A stretch of DNA of 63,612 bases, filler included, from Actinomycetota bacterium (GCA_013152275.1; 5 parts of 5 records of this genome joined end to end with filler, not necessarily neighbours in it); one strand, 5' to 3'; positions 48,276 through 57,613 are shown, numbered from the whole stretch's first letter. The notes: generated by a model not told the origin, from the letters alone. Translations and numbers: made by a program.

Positions 48276-49517
48276 CTACTCGTCTTCGAACTCGAAAACC
48301 AGGTCGCCGATCCGCACGTCGTCCCCCGACTTCGCACCCGCATCTCGAAGTGCATCGTCGACGCCGAGACGCCTGAGGCGCTTCGCAGCGAGATCGGCCG
48401 CCTCCGGAATGGTCAAATCGTGAAACCCGATGGCACGCTCGGCATCCCTTCCGTCCACGATCCAGACCCCTTCCTCTCTTCGCACGGTGAAACCGGGCCC
48501 GATCGGACGGTGCAGCTCATAGCCTTCCCGATCTTCACCCACGTGCGCCGCGTGCTCGATCTCGTCGGCGATGGCGTGAAGCAAGGTCGGAATCCCCTCG
48601 CCGGTCACGGCCGAGATCGCGAACGGTGAGACGTCGAAAGCGGCCAGCGCCTCCCGGCTCTCGGGGAGATCGATCTTGTTCATGACGACGAGCCTGGGGC
48701 GCCGGGCCAGGTCCGCCGAGTAACTGGTCAGCTCACGGATCAGGATCTCCAACTGCTCCTCCGCCGACACCGGTTGCAGCGCGGACGGGTCGAGCAGCAA
48801 CACGAGCACACGGGATCGCTCGACATGCCGCAAGAACTCATGACCGAGGCCCTTGCCGTCCGACGCTCCTTCGATCAGACCCGGAATGTCGGCGAGCACG
48901 AACTCGCGATCGTCGACGGACACGACACCGAGGTTTGGCTGAAGTGTCGTAAATGGATAGTCGGCGATCTTCGGCCGTGCTGCCGACACGACCGAGATGA
49001 GTGTGCTCTTGCCCGCGTTGGGAAAACCCACGAGCGCGGCGTCCGCGACGAGCTTCAGCTCGAACTCGAGCCACGCCTCCTCGCCGTATTCCCCCTGTTC
49101 ACAGTAGGTGGGAGCGCGATGTGCAGGATCGACGAGTGCCGCATTTCCCCTGCCGCCCCTTCCGCCCTCCAGGACGACGACTTCTTGGCCGTCTTGCACG
49201 AGGTCGGCGAGCAGTGTGCCGTGTTGATCTCTGACGGTCGTACCACAGGGAACCAGGAGTACGAGGTCTTCGCCTCGTCTTCCCGCTCGCAGATCGCCCT
49301 GACCGTGGGTACCGTCGCCGGCCCGATGATGAGGATGCCTCCGGTACACGAGCAGTGTCGCCACCGATTCGTCCGCCCTGAGGATGACGTTGCCGCCGGC
49401 GCCCCCAGAGCCACCGATGGCGCGACCACGCGGCTTGCCTCGCATCCTTTGGAAACTGACGACGCCTGCACCCCCGTCGCCGGCACGAACGCGAACCCGA
49501 ACTCTGTCGATGAACAC
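48276..49517 (-). CDS. obgE: GTPase Obg/CgtA
   Basis: Gly-rich Obg domain, GFPNAGKS, PKIADYPFTT, DIPGLIEGA, NKID, OCT domain. Confidence 0.97.
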   Translation of the reverse strand: MFIDRVRVRVRAGDGGAGVVSFQRMRGKPRGRAIGGSGGAGGNVILRADESVATLLVYRRHPHHRAGDGTHGQGDLRAGRRGEDLVLLVPCGTTVRDQHGTLLADLVQDGQEVVVLEGGRGGRGNAALVDPAHRAPTYCEQGEYGEEAWLEFELKLVADAALVGFPNAGKSTLISVVSAARPKIADYPFTTLQPNLGVVSVDDREFVLADIPGLIEGASDGKGLGHEFLRHVERSRVLVLLLDPSALQPVSAEEQLEILIRELTSYSADLARRPRLVVMNKIDLPESREALAAFDVSPFAISAVTGEGIPTLLHAIADEIEHAAHVGEDREGYELHRPIGPGFTVRREEGVWIVDGRDAERAIGFHDLTIPEAADLAAKRLRRLGVDDALRDAGAKSGDDVRIGDLVFEFEDE

Positions 49518-49530
49518 GGGTTCCTCCCCT

Positions 49531-49782
49531 TCAGTCGGTGAGGATGTGGACCAGTCTCCGCCCGTTCCGCCGACCGTATTTTACGATACCGTCCGCCGTC
49601 GCGAACAGTGTGTCGTCACCACCGCGTCCAACGTTGTCGCCGGGATGAATTCGAGTCCCGCGCTGCCGCACGATGATGGCACCCGCAGACACTACCTGTC
49701 CATCAAAGACCTTCGGTCCGAGTCGTTGGGCGGCCGAATCCCGACCGTTCTTCGACGACCCTCCTGCTTTCGTCTTGGACAT
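49531..49782 (-). CDS. rpmA: 50S ribosomal protein L27
   Basis: [31 protein letters not shown]. Confidence 0.98.
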   Translation of the reverse strand: MSKTKAGGSSKNGRDSAAQRLGPKVFDGQVVSAGAIIVRQRGTRIHPGDNVGRGGDDTLFATADGIVKYGRRNGRRLVHILTD

Positions 49783-49783
49783 G

Positions 49784-50005
49784 TCACTTCTCCTCTGGCG
49801 GGGCCGTCTCGGCCTTCTTCGCCTCGTCGGCCTTCTTCGCCTCGTCGGCCTTGGCCGTCTTCTCGGGTGTCTCGATCCCGGTAACCTCCGCCGCCGTCTC
49901 GGACGTCTCGATCCCGGTGACCTCCGCCGCCGTCTCGGGCGTCTTCGCCTCGTCGGCCTTCTTCGCCTCGTCGGCCTTGGCCGTCTTCTCGGGTGTCTCG
50001 ATCCC
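49784..50005 (-). CDS. rplU: Repetitive Lys/Ala/Glu C-terminal tail, probably of ribosomal protein L21 (5' part lost at linker)
   Basis: [28 protein letters not shown] repeats ending just before rpmA; assignment by synteny only. Confidence 0.55.
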   Translation of the reverse strand, partial: GIETPEKTAKADEAKKADEAKTPETAAEVTGIETSETAAEVTGIETPEKTAKADEAKKADEAKKAETAPPEEK

Positions 50006-50105
50006 NNNNNNNNNNNNNNNNNNNNNNNNNNNNNNNNNNNNNNNNNNNNTTAATTAATTAANNNNNNNNNNNNNNNNNNNNNNNNNNNNNNNNNNNNNNN
50101 NNNNN
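50006..50105. other. Artificial contig linker
   Basis: N/TTAATTAATTAA. Confidence 0.99.
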
Positions 50106-50249
50106 CCCCTCCGGGGGAAGGGCCGAGTCTTCGAGGCGATGGGGGTGTCCCAGAGCCGGCGTAGCCGGAGCCAGACCCCTCGAGGGGAAGTGCCGAGTCT
50201 TCGAGGCGATGGGGGTGTTCCCGAGCCGGCGCAGCCGAAGCCGGCCCCT
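50106..50249. repeat. 70-bp tandem REP-like repeat, 2 units
   Basis: Identical 27-bp core GCCGAGTCTTCGAGGCGATGGGGGTGT at 50122 and 50192. Confidence 0.8.
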
Positions 50250-50276
50250 GCAACAGGAACGGACGAGTGTCGGGAG

Positions 50277-51497
50277 CTACACGACCCAGAGCAGCAGGCC
50301 GAGGCCCAGCAGGACCATGACGGCCCCGGTCGCGGCCCGTATGGTCCTCGACGAGGACCGCTCCCATGCCTGGATCTTGCCGCCCAGTACCGGGTCCAGT
50401 GCGAGGAACAGCACGACGATCAGCGGGAGGACGAACATCACGTTGTACAGCACGAGGTAGCCCACCCCCTGCCAGAAACTCGTCTGGCCGGCCAGCAGGC
50501 CCAGGACGGCCACGTACGGGCCTCCCGAGCAGGGGAACGTGTGCAGTCCCACCAGCGTCCCCAGCACCAGGGTCGTCGGCAACGTGGCCCGGTGCATCCA
50601 CGTCTGGAGCGATTCCTTGCTGCCCTCGGGCACCTTCAGGCGGAGAGGAAACCTGGGGAAGAGGGCGCCCAGCACGTTGATCAGGCCCAGCACCATCAGG
50701 AGAACTGCCCCCGCCTGGCCCAGCCAATGCCCCTTCAGCAGCGTCGAGGCACGCAGCAGACCCAACCCGATGAGGAAGTACACGATGTAGACCGCGCCGA
50801 TGTACACCGCACCCATGCGGATGACCGAGATACGCGTCTTACGGATGGTGAACAGGAAGGAGATGAAGAACAGCAGGATCGCCAGCGCACACGGATTGAT
50901 CCCGTCGACGAGCCCGGTCAGGAGCACCGTCGGGAGCAGCAGCCTGGTGGGTTTGTGGACGTCGGTCGCGAACCCGTCCCTGTTGGCGTCGAACCACGCC
51001 AGATACACCGAGATGGGTGTGTCCGCCGGATACGTCATGACCGGACCGGCGAACGCCCAGGCCTGGTACTCGCTGCGGTCCTGCTCTTCGCCGGCGACGA
51101 GAATCCGTTTCGGCAACGTTGCGTCCGCGGCCAGCAGCGCCTCCACCACGCTGCGGGGCGGTTCGCCCTGGAGGATGATGCGACCGTCGTCCACGAAGGT
51201 GGCGAGGTGGCTCTGCAGGTCCAACGGGACGCCCAGGCGGTCGTTCAACGCGTTGAAGTCCGCCCGGTTCTCACGCTCGTTGATGTAGTCGTGCTTCGTC
51301 AGGGGGATCCCGGCGGCGTCCATCACCTCGGTGAGTTCCCCCTCGACGTAGGTGACGCACTCGTCGCACGCCTCGTTGTAGTACACGACGGCCTCACGTT
51401 GCGCCGCGTCCGCCCTGGCCGGCAGGAGCAAGCTCCCCAGGACGAACGCCAGGAGGCTCACGCCCAGCAGGGCCGTCGTCGTCGTTTTCGTCTTCAT
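50277..51497 (-). CDS. Exported thioredoxin-like CxxC domain fused to a CcdA/DsbD-type membrane domain
   Basis: Signal peptide, YYNEACDEC, GLVDGINPCA, FPCSGGPY, six C-terminal TMs. Confidence 0.8.
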   Translation of the reverse strand: MKTKTTTTALLGVSLLAFVLGSLLLPARADAAQREAVVYYNEACDECVTYVEGELTEVMDAAGIPLTKHDYINERENRADFNALNDRLGVPLDLQSHLATFVDDGRIILQGEPPRSVVEALLAADATLPKRILVAGEEQDRSEYQAWAFAGPVMTYPADTPISVYLAWFDANRDGFATDVHKPTRLLLPTVLLTGLVDGINPCALAILLFFISFLFTIRKTRISVIRMGAVYIGAVYIVYFLIGLGLLRASTLLKGHWLGQAGAVLLMVLGLINVLGALFPRFPLRLKVPEGSKESLQTWMHRATLPTTLVLGTLVGLHTFPCSGGPYVAVLGLLAGQTSFWQGVGYLVLYNVMFVLPLIVVLFLALDPVLGGKIQAWERSSSRTIRAATGAVMVLLGLGLLLWVV

Positions 51498-51510
51498 CCT
51501 GTGGCTCTCT

Positions 51511-51864
51511 TCAACAGCAGGTCAGGGTCTCGGGGATCTCGCCCTCTTCGAGTTCCCCGAACGGATTCCCGTACCGGCGAATGTTGGCGATCATCGTCCT
51601 GTTCACGTCGGTCTCGACTCCGTTCGCCACCAGGCCGGCACGAATGGATTCCCCGTCCGGATCGTGGGTCACCGGGCAGAGTTCCCGGCAGGCGCGACAC
51701 AGCGTGCATTGATAGAACAGCACCGATGCGATCCTCGCCGAGGCCAGGATCGCCAATCCGCGCGGGCTGATCTGTTCCTGTCGCAGGATGCCGAAGACCG
51801 GACAGACTTCGCGGCACAGCCCACATTCGATGCAAGGCGGGTTCTCCGTTTGGGCGTTCAACAT
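51511..51864 (-). CDS. 4Fe-4S dicluster protein (GlcF/HdrC N-terminal-like)
   Basis: CIECGLCREVCP, SPRG, CTLCRACRELCP, GNPFG. Confidence 0.88.
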   Translation of the reverse strand: MLNAQTENPPCIECGLCREVCPVFGILRQEQISPRGLAILASARIASVLFYQCTLCRACRELCPVTHDPDGESIRAGLVANGVETDVNRTMIANIRRYGNPFGELEEGEIPETLTCC

Positions 51865-53033
51865 AGCTTCCCCCGGTTCAGCACACCCCGAGGGTCATAG
51901 GTGTCCTTGAGCCGGCGCACCTCGGCCCGATACCTCGCGGTGGTCCAGGCCTTCTTCTTCAGCCCGACGCCGTGCTCGCCGCTGACCTGGCCGCCCAGGT
52001 CCGCCACCCGGCCGTAGAGGGTGGCGATGCGTTCGTCGTCGGGGGGGAAACAGGGATGGATGATGCCGACCCCCAGGTGACCGAAGGCGGGGATGGCTTC
52101 GGTGTCGAGCCACGGCAACAGCACCGACAGCCCGGCGGCGTCCAGTTTCGGATCTTCGATGACCGGGTAGCCGCGCCCGGCGAGCACCGGGTACAGGCCG
52201 TCGCGGGCCCGCCACACGGCGTCGATCTGCTCCGGGTCGGTCAGCTCCCCGCCGTCGGAGTCGAACTCGCCCAGCAGATGGGGGAGAGGCTCCCAGCCGA
52301 TGGCGGCGGCGGCGTGACGGTTGAGATACTCGAGGGCCGTGAGGCGAGGGTCGCAGATCCATTCGTTCCGCCGGGCCGCCAACGCGTCTTCGTCGCCGTC
52401 GGCGAACAACGAGACGGTCCTCCGCTGTGGCAGCGGGGCCAGGCGCACCGTCGCCTCCACGATCAGGCCGGTGACACCTTCGCGCCCGACGACGTCGTCG
52501 AGTTCCTCCCCACCGATGCGAACAAGACGGCCTCGACCGTCGACGAGGGACAGTTCCTGCACCCAGCGGCGCATCGATCCGTACCGCACGGCACGCATCC
52601 CGGCGGCGTTGGTGGCGATCATGCCGCCGATCGTGGCTGCCCGCCGGCTGCCGGGAACGACAGGCAGGAAGAGGTCGTGCACGTTCAGAAGGCGGTTGAG
52701 GGATTCGAGGACCACTCCGGCCCCGACCCGTGCCGTTCGACCTGCGGGGTCGATGGAGGCGACGGTGTTCAGACGCGAGAGATCCACCACGACGGACCGC
52801 TGAGGGGTCGCCCCGCCACACAATCCGGTGCCCGCACCTCTCGGTGTCAAGTCCACGCCGGCCGCCTGCGCCCATTCGACCAGGGCGGCCACCTGGGGCG
52901 GCTGCGACGGCCAGACGACGGCCAGGCAATCCCCCTCCAGCCGGGAGGCGTCCCGCCGGTACACCACCAGGTCGTCGGCCGAGTCCGACACGTTTTGGGC
53001 CCCGACGATCCTGCGCAGCTCCGTCGTGTTCAT
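51858..53033 (-). CDS. FAD-binding oxidoreductase (GlcD/D-2-hydroxyacid dehydrogenase family)
   Basis: PRGAGTGLCGGA, TIGGMIATNAAG..RYG, GHLGVGIIH, SGEHGVG. Confidence 0.9.
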   Translation of the reverse strand: MNTTELRRIVGAQNVSDSADDLVVYRRDASRLEGDCLAVVWPSQPPQVAALVEWAQAAGVDLTPRGAGTGLCGGATPQRSVVVDLSRLNTVASIDPAGRTARVGAGVVLESLNRLLNVHDLFLPVVPGSRRAATIGGMIATNAAGMRAVRYGSMRRWVQELSLVDGRGRLVRIGGEELDDVVGREGVTGLIVEATVRLAPLPQRRTVSLFADGDEDALAARRNEWICDPRLTALEYLNRHAAAAIGWEPLPHLLGEFDSDGGELTDPEQIDAVWRARDGLYPVLAGRGYPVIEDPKLDAAGLSVLLPWLDTEAIPAFGHLGVGIIHPCFPPDDERIATLYGRVADLGGQVSGEHGVGLKKKAWTTARYRAEVRRLKDTYDPRGVLNRGKLC

Positions 53034-53749
53034 GGCGCAGGTTCCGGGTCGGTGCCGCGGGCCAGCGCCTCGCTGAACTCCAGCACCTCGACGCCGTCGG
53101 CGTTCTGCTTGAAGTGCGCGTAACAGAGGGGACAGGCGGTGCACAGACGCCCGTTGTTCACCATGTCGAGGCGTTGGCAGGCGATCGCATCGGCCAGCTC
53201 GGGGAAGTTGGACTTCAGGCCGCCGCCGGCGCCACAGCAGAGGCTCTGTTCGCGGTTGTCGGGCAGCTCGGTGACGCTCCATCCGGCCGCAGCGAGGAGC
53301 CGTCGGGGCTCCTCGTAGATGCCGGACCAGCGGCCCAGATGGCAGGGATCGTGGTAGGTGAGATCCCCTGTGCCGGTCCCGTCCTCGCTCTGCTCATCCG
53401 GGCGGAGCTCCGCCAGCGCCTGGGAGACATGGATCGCATCCAGGCCGTAGTCGTGCGCGAGTGTGTGGTAGCAGCCGGGGCAGTTCGTGATGACCTTGCG
53501 GACGCTGAACCTGGCGAACACTTCGAGGTTCTTCGCCTTGAGCTCTTCGAACTCGTCGAGGTAGCCGGCCCGTTTGACCGGACTTCCACAGCACAAGGTC
53601 TCGCCGGGAAGCATGATGAAATCGATGCCGGCACGACGCAACAGGGCTTCGTAGCCCGCCTGGATATCCGGCAGGGCGTAGCGGGTCACGCAGCCGGGGT
53701 AGTAGAGCGTGTTGCTCCCGGAGAGTTTCTCCAACCATCGTTTGAGAAT
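53030..53749 (-). CDS. CCG-domain Fe-S protein (GlcF/HdrD C-terminal-like); start ATT 53749 or TTG 53734
   Basis: YYPGC, CCGSP, NCPGC, YHDPCHLGR, CCGAGGG, TACPLC. Confidence 0.88.
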   Translation of the reverse strand: MLKRWLEKLSGSNTLYYPGCVTRYALPDIQAGYEALLRRAGIDFIMLPGETLCCGSPVKRAGYLDEFEELKAKNLEVFARFSVRKVITNCPGCYHTLAHDYGLDAIHVSQALAELRPDEQSEDGTGTGDLTYHDPCHLGRWSGIYEEPRRLLAAAGWSVTELPDNREQSLCCGAGGGLKSNFPELADAIACQRLDMVNNGRLCTACPLCYAHFKQNADGVEVLEFSEALARGTDPEPAP

Positions 53750-53758
53750 GGCCGTCTC

Positions 53759-54181
53759 CTAGCTGTCTGCCTTACGGATGGTTGCGCGAAACTCCACCTG
53801 CGCCTCGGGTGTCTCCGGGTCATTGCTGCGGACGTAGATGAGTCGCATCACGTCGCCGTGCAGGTTGTCTTCGATCGGATCGAGTGTGACGCGCAGCTCG
53901 GTGGTTTCGCCCGGTGGGATGGTCTCGCGCTCTACCGACGCCTTCGTGCAACCGCAGGAGGTACTGACCTTCTCGATCTGCAGGACATCGTCTCCGTCGT
54001 TTCGAATCGTGTAGCTCGCTTCGAGAGGTTCTTGGGGAACCTCACCCAGGTCTTGTGAGGCAGGCTCGATGACGATACGCGGGGAGCTGGTGGCGCAACC
54101 GGAGAACAAAACGACAACCAGCACGATGAGGACTATGAGCCCCATTCTCCATGCCCACGGTGAAGGATTTCTGGTGGTCAC
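53759..54181 (-). CDS. DUF1573 Ig-like lipoprotein
   Basis: Lipobox FSGC, IRNDG..LQI..VSTSCGCT, IPPGE, SNDP. Confidence 0.82.
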   Translation of the reverse strand: MTTRNPSPWAWRMGLIVLIVLVVVLFSGCATSSPRIVIEPASQDLGEVPQEPLEASYTIRNDGDDVLQIEKVSTSCGCTKASVERETIPPGETTELRVTLDPIEDNLHGDVMRLIYVRSNDPETPEAQVEFRATIRKADS

Positions 54182-54356
54182 TTGTCTGTCACACGCCAGG
54201 AATTAGCCGGTCTGATCAGCAATGATAGCTGGAACGAATCGGCTCTCGGTCGGCGGCCGGTGCCGGTCTGCGACCGGATGCGTCCGCGCCGCAGTGCCGT
54301 GGATCGCGCGATGCGCGGCCGCATCGAGACATCACAGACCGTGTGAGCCGTCCCTC

Positions 54357-54869
54357 TCAGTAGTCGAACGGCTCCAGGGCTCCGTCGGTCTTGATCAGCA
54401 TCACCGGCAGGGACTCCCAGGTCGAGGTGTCGCCACCCATGCCGGGAGAATCCGACGGCATGCCCGGTAGCGCCAGTCCGATCGCGTCGGGCTTCGTTTC
54501 GAGGAGTCGCAGGATCGCGCCGGCAGGCACGTGCCCCTCGATGACATAGCCGTCCACCACGGCGGTGTGGCACGAATGCGCCTCCTCCGGGATGCCGCTC
54601 GAGAGTTTGAATGATTCGATTTGCTCGTCGACCTGCACGTCGAGGTCTGCTCCGAGATCTTGTAGGTACCCGACCCACTCTGTGCAGCATCCTCAGCCGG
54701 GGGGTACGTGGATTTCCATGGCCACGCCGGTCAGATCCAGGCTGCGAGCCGTTCCGGCGGCCGTGGCCGTGGTGGGAGCGGTGGTCGTAGTGGTGGTGGT
54801 CGCGGCCCCGCCGCAGGCTGCCACCAGCAGCGCCAAGGTTACGAACACGGCGAAATGCTTCACGGTCAT
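54357..54869 (-). CDS. DUF411/CopG-like lipoprotein with in-frame UGA at 54693-54695 (putative selenocysteine)
   Basis: Two track ORFs are one frame: LVAAC lipobox..HVPPG-U-GCCTEWVGYL..SCHTAVVDGYVIEGHVP..GLALPGMPSDSPGM. Confidence 0.8.
54662..54678 (-). promoter_or_regulatory. Candidate bacterial SECIS hairpin
   Basis: GUGGGU-CGGGU-ACCUAC stem-loop starting 14 nt after the UGA; G at loop position 2. Confidence 0.5.
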
Positions 54870-54979
54870 CCCTCCGTTTTGGTTGCCGTAATGTAGCAAG
54901 AGGCCTTATGTCGCCAAAACCGAGCCACGTCTTTTCTTTCCCCTCGCCTCGGGTGCTTCCCCTGCTCGGAAGGTTATCT

Positions 54980-55032
54980 ACCCCATCGGCCTCGGCCAAA
55001 GCCCCGAGGCCACTTCACCTGCTAGGGGAAGC
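54980..55032. repeat. REP-like hairpin related to the 50106-50249 repeats, opposite orientation
   Basis: ACCCCATCGGCCTCG..CGAGGCCACTTCACCT..AGGGG vs reverse complement CCCCATCGCCTCG..GGCACTTCCCCT..AGGGG. Confidence 0.5.
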
Positions 55033-55132
55033 NNNNNNNNNNNNNNNNNNNNNNNNNNNNNNNNNNNNNNNNNNNNTTAATTAATTAANNNNNNNNNNNN
55101 NNNNNNNNNNNNNNNNNNNNNNNNNNNNNNNN
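55033..55132. other. Artificial contig linker
   Basis: N/TTAATTAATTAA. Confidence 0.99.
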
Positions 55133-56361
55133 CCGCTGGTGGTGTAGGTGTGGCCGAGTTTGGTGGTCCAGTGGTGGTCGCCGTCGGGGAGGGGCTGGTA
55201 GGTCCATCCGGCGTCGTGTCGGATGCGGTGGTCGTGGCGGCAAAGGGGGACGAGGTTGGTGATGGTGGTGGGGCCGCCGTCGGCGTACGGTGTGCGATGG
55301 TCGAGGTCGCAGCTCGCGGCGGGCATGCGGCATCCGGGGAAGACGCAGGTCGGGTTGCGGGCTTCGGCGAGTCTGCGTTGGCCGGTGGTGGGTCGCCGGC
55401 GTGTGGTGCCCTGGTAGGTGGGCTGTCCGGTATCGGGGTCGGTGACGGTGAAGTGCCATTGGCCGGCTTGTTGTTGTTCGGTGACGTGTCGGGCGATGTC
55501 GGCGATGACTGGCCCGTAGCCGGCCAGCTCGCCGGGGTGATCGGCGAGATTCGTCAGGGTTTGGAGGTCGACGTGGATTTCGACGGCGCCTGTGGTCTTG
55601 GTGGCGTAGCCGGGTGTGCCTTCGAGGAGGTCCAGGAAGACGTCGGCGCGCAGTTGGTCCATGGTGCGGGACTCGCCGGCGGTCTTGAGGCTGCGGGCGA
55701 GTTGATTGATCTTCGCGGCTGCGGCGGTGACCCGATCGGGGGCGAGGTCGAGGCCGAGGAGGTGAGCGGTGCCCGATTCGGTCGGTTCTGCGATGAGGCG
55801 CCGTTCGTCGATTGCTCGCCGGTACCGTTGCTGCGCATCGTCGGGGTCGATATCGATACAGAGCCTGCGGATCCGTGCTGCGAGCTGCCCGGACGTGAGG
55901 TGAGACGCATCCGCCATCACCCGGTCGGTGACATCGCGGGCGAGACCGATCGGCAGATGTTCGGTCCCGAAGCTGATGGTCTTGGCGCGACGCAGGTCGA
56001 TATCCCCGCCGGCAAGGCGATCCCAGACTCGGGGGAGACGCTGTCTCAGGACGAAAGCGAACGCAAGCTCCGAGTCGGCGGCCCGTCGGGTCAACCGCAA
56101 CGCGACCCGGATCTCGGCCGCCGCGGACTCTATCGCCAACGGGTCGTCGGGGTCGCCCATCGCGTCGGCGACGGCAGCCATGTCCTCGTAGGTGTGGGCC
56201 TGGTAGTGCGACGCCATCCGCCGATGGGCCCGCAGCACCACGATACGGTCATATCCTGACAGCTTCCCGACATCGATCGTCGACAGGAACGCAGCCAACA
56301 CCGGACCCGGCTCCATCTCATCGAGCCGGCGAGGAATCGGTTCAACCTTGCCATCGAACAT
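55133..56361 (-). CDS. DUF222-HNH endonuclease (13E12 repeat-like), last codons cut by linker
   Basis: RTMDQLRAD, LAGYGPV, CVFPGC..CDLDH..GGPT..NLVPLCRHDHRIRH. Confidence 0.9.
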
Positions 56362-56369
56362 ATGTTCGA
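56354..56369 (-). promoter_or_regulatory. Perfect LexA (SOS) box overlapping the start codon
   Basis: TCGAACATATGTTCGA palindrome; minus-strand TATGAT at 56374-56369. Confidence 0.88.
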
Positions 56370-56629
56370 TCATACACGGCTACACCGACAAAAACTACCC
56401 CCGAAAACTCGCATGTCGAGCTGCCATCCGGCTCGTCCCGTCATGCCGGCCGAGAGCCCGGCCATGGTCGCGGACGCACTCGGAGACACGAGCACGATGA
56501 CCGCCCCTCGAACATCGACGAAGAGACCGATCGGTGCCGCTTTCGGTGGGTGACGGGCGCGTGTTCGCCCGCGATTCACCGGCACGAAATGCAATACTTG
56601 GTGTCCTACGCAAGTGGAAGGAGACAGAC

Positions 56630-56887
56630 ATGGCCGAGCACCTTGTCGGAACCGTGAGCCACTACTACGACAAGCTGGGAGTTGTGGGCATCGAGCTGTC
56701 CAGCGAACTCAGGGTTGGCGATACGATCCACATCCTCGGGCACATCTCGGACTTCACCCAGACCGTCGACTCCATGCAGATCGAGCATGAGGCGGTTGAT
56801 GCGGCGAAGGCGGGAGACCCCATCGGCGTCAAAGTGAACGAACGGGCACGTGTCGGCGACCAGGTTTTCGTGGTCACGCCCGACTGA
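56630..56887 (+). CDS. Small beta-barrel 'translation elongation factor-like' protein
   Basis: VGTVSHYYDKLGV..L.VGDTIHI.G..DF.Q.VDSMQIEH..A.AGD.IGVKV; SD AAGGAG. Confidence 0.8.
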   Translation: MAEHLVGTVSHYYDKLGVVGIELSSELRVGDTIHILGHISDFTQTVDSMQIEHEAVDAAKAGDPIGVKVNERARVGDQVFVVTPD

Positions 56888-57113
56888 TCGAAGCCGTGGG
56901 ATCACGTGCATGTCTCGCGGGCTGTGCGGTAAATCGAAGGGCTTTTGACCCTCTCAGGGCACAGACGTCCATTGATCGGGACGGGGTCGCAGGCGGAAGG
57001 CGATGAAGGCCGATTGCCGGAGGAGTCTGGCGTGTTCGGCCGGGTCCGTCTGCCTGTTTTGCGTCGACCGGATCATCTCCTTGCCGGTGTCGACACCGAT
57101 GGTTTCTTCTCGG

Positions 57114-57157
57114 GGTGGGCCAGGCAGGGCTCGAACCTGCGACCTACGGATTATGAG
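57114..57157 (-). mobile_element. 3' half of tRNA-Ile2(CAT), read as an att site of an integrated element
   Basis: CTCATAATCCGTAGGTCGCAGGTTCGAGCCCTGCCTGGCCCACC; no D arm or 5' acceptor strand. Confidence 0.78.
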
Positions 57158-57349
57158 CTTGAATCCGGGGCATCGGATGAGCAGGGCAAACCGCCGGAAA
57201 CGCAGTCGTGACTGGGGTTTTCGGCTTGCATCGCTACTGGTCGATTCGTGGTGTTTCTCATCGGCTGGCGGACCAGATACGGACAAGAACCACTGACGGC
57301 TCGCGGGACCATTCGGAACTGCCACAACGTTGCGTACAACCGGGTGGTG

Positions 57350-57613
57350 ATGAGCATCCCCGACCCTGCAGAGGAGCTGCGTCGTCTCTATCCGCCGATT
57401 CTCACCACGGCCCAGGTGGCGGAGATGATGCACTGCACGATCGGTGACGTTCGCGACAAGGTCCACCGCCGTGAGGTTCCGGCGCTGCGCTGGGGTCAGC
57501 AGTTCCGCTTCTTTCACGACGAGGTGATCGCGGCGATGATTCGTGTGGCTGGTGATGAACCCGACCTCGACAACGGGGACCTACCGGATGACACCGGCGG
57601 GGACAAGCCGTGA
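57350..57613 (+). CDS. Excisionase-like HTH_17 protein
   Basis: PPILTTAQVAEMM..VRD..EVPALRWGQQFRF. Confidence 0.75.
   Translation: MSIPDPAEELRRLYPPILTTAQVAEMMHCTIGDVRDKVHRREVPALRWGQQFRFFHDEVIAAMIRVAGDEPDLDNGDLPDDTGGDKP

Noticed and set aside
50106..50249. 27-bp direct repeat as a CRISPR remnant
   Set aside because: The would-be spacers are similar to each other, so it is a 70-bp tandem repeat
51511..51519. Cys-Cys-TGA as a second selenocysteine site
   Set aside because: Read-through runs out of frame into the next gene and no clear SECIS is seen; best read as a normal stop
57114..57190. Complete tRNA-Ile/Met gene
   Set aside because: Sequence beyond the anticodon loop cannot form the 5' anticodon strand, D arm or acceptor strand
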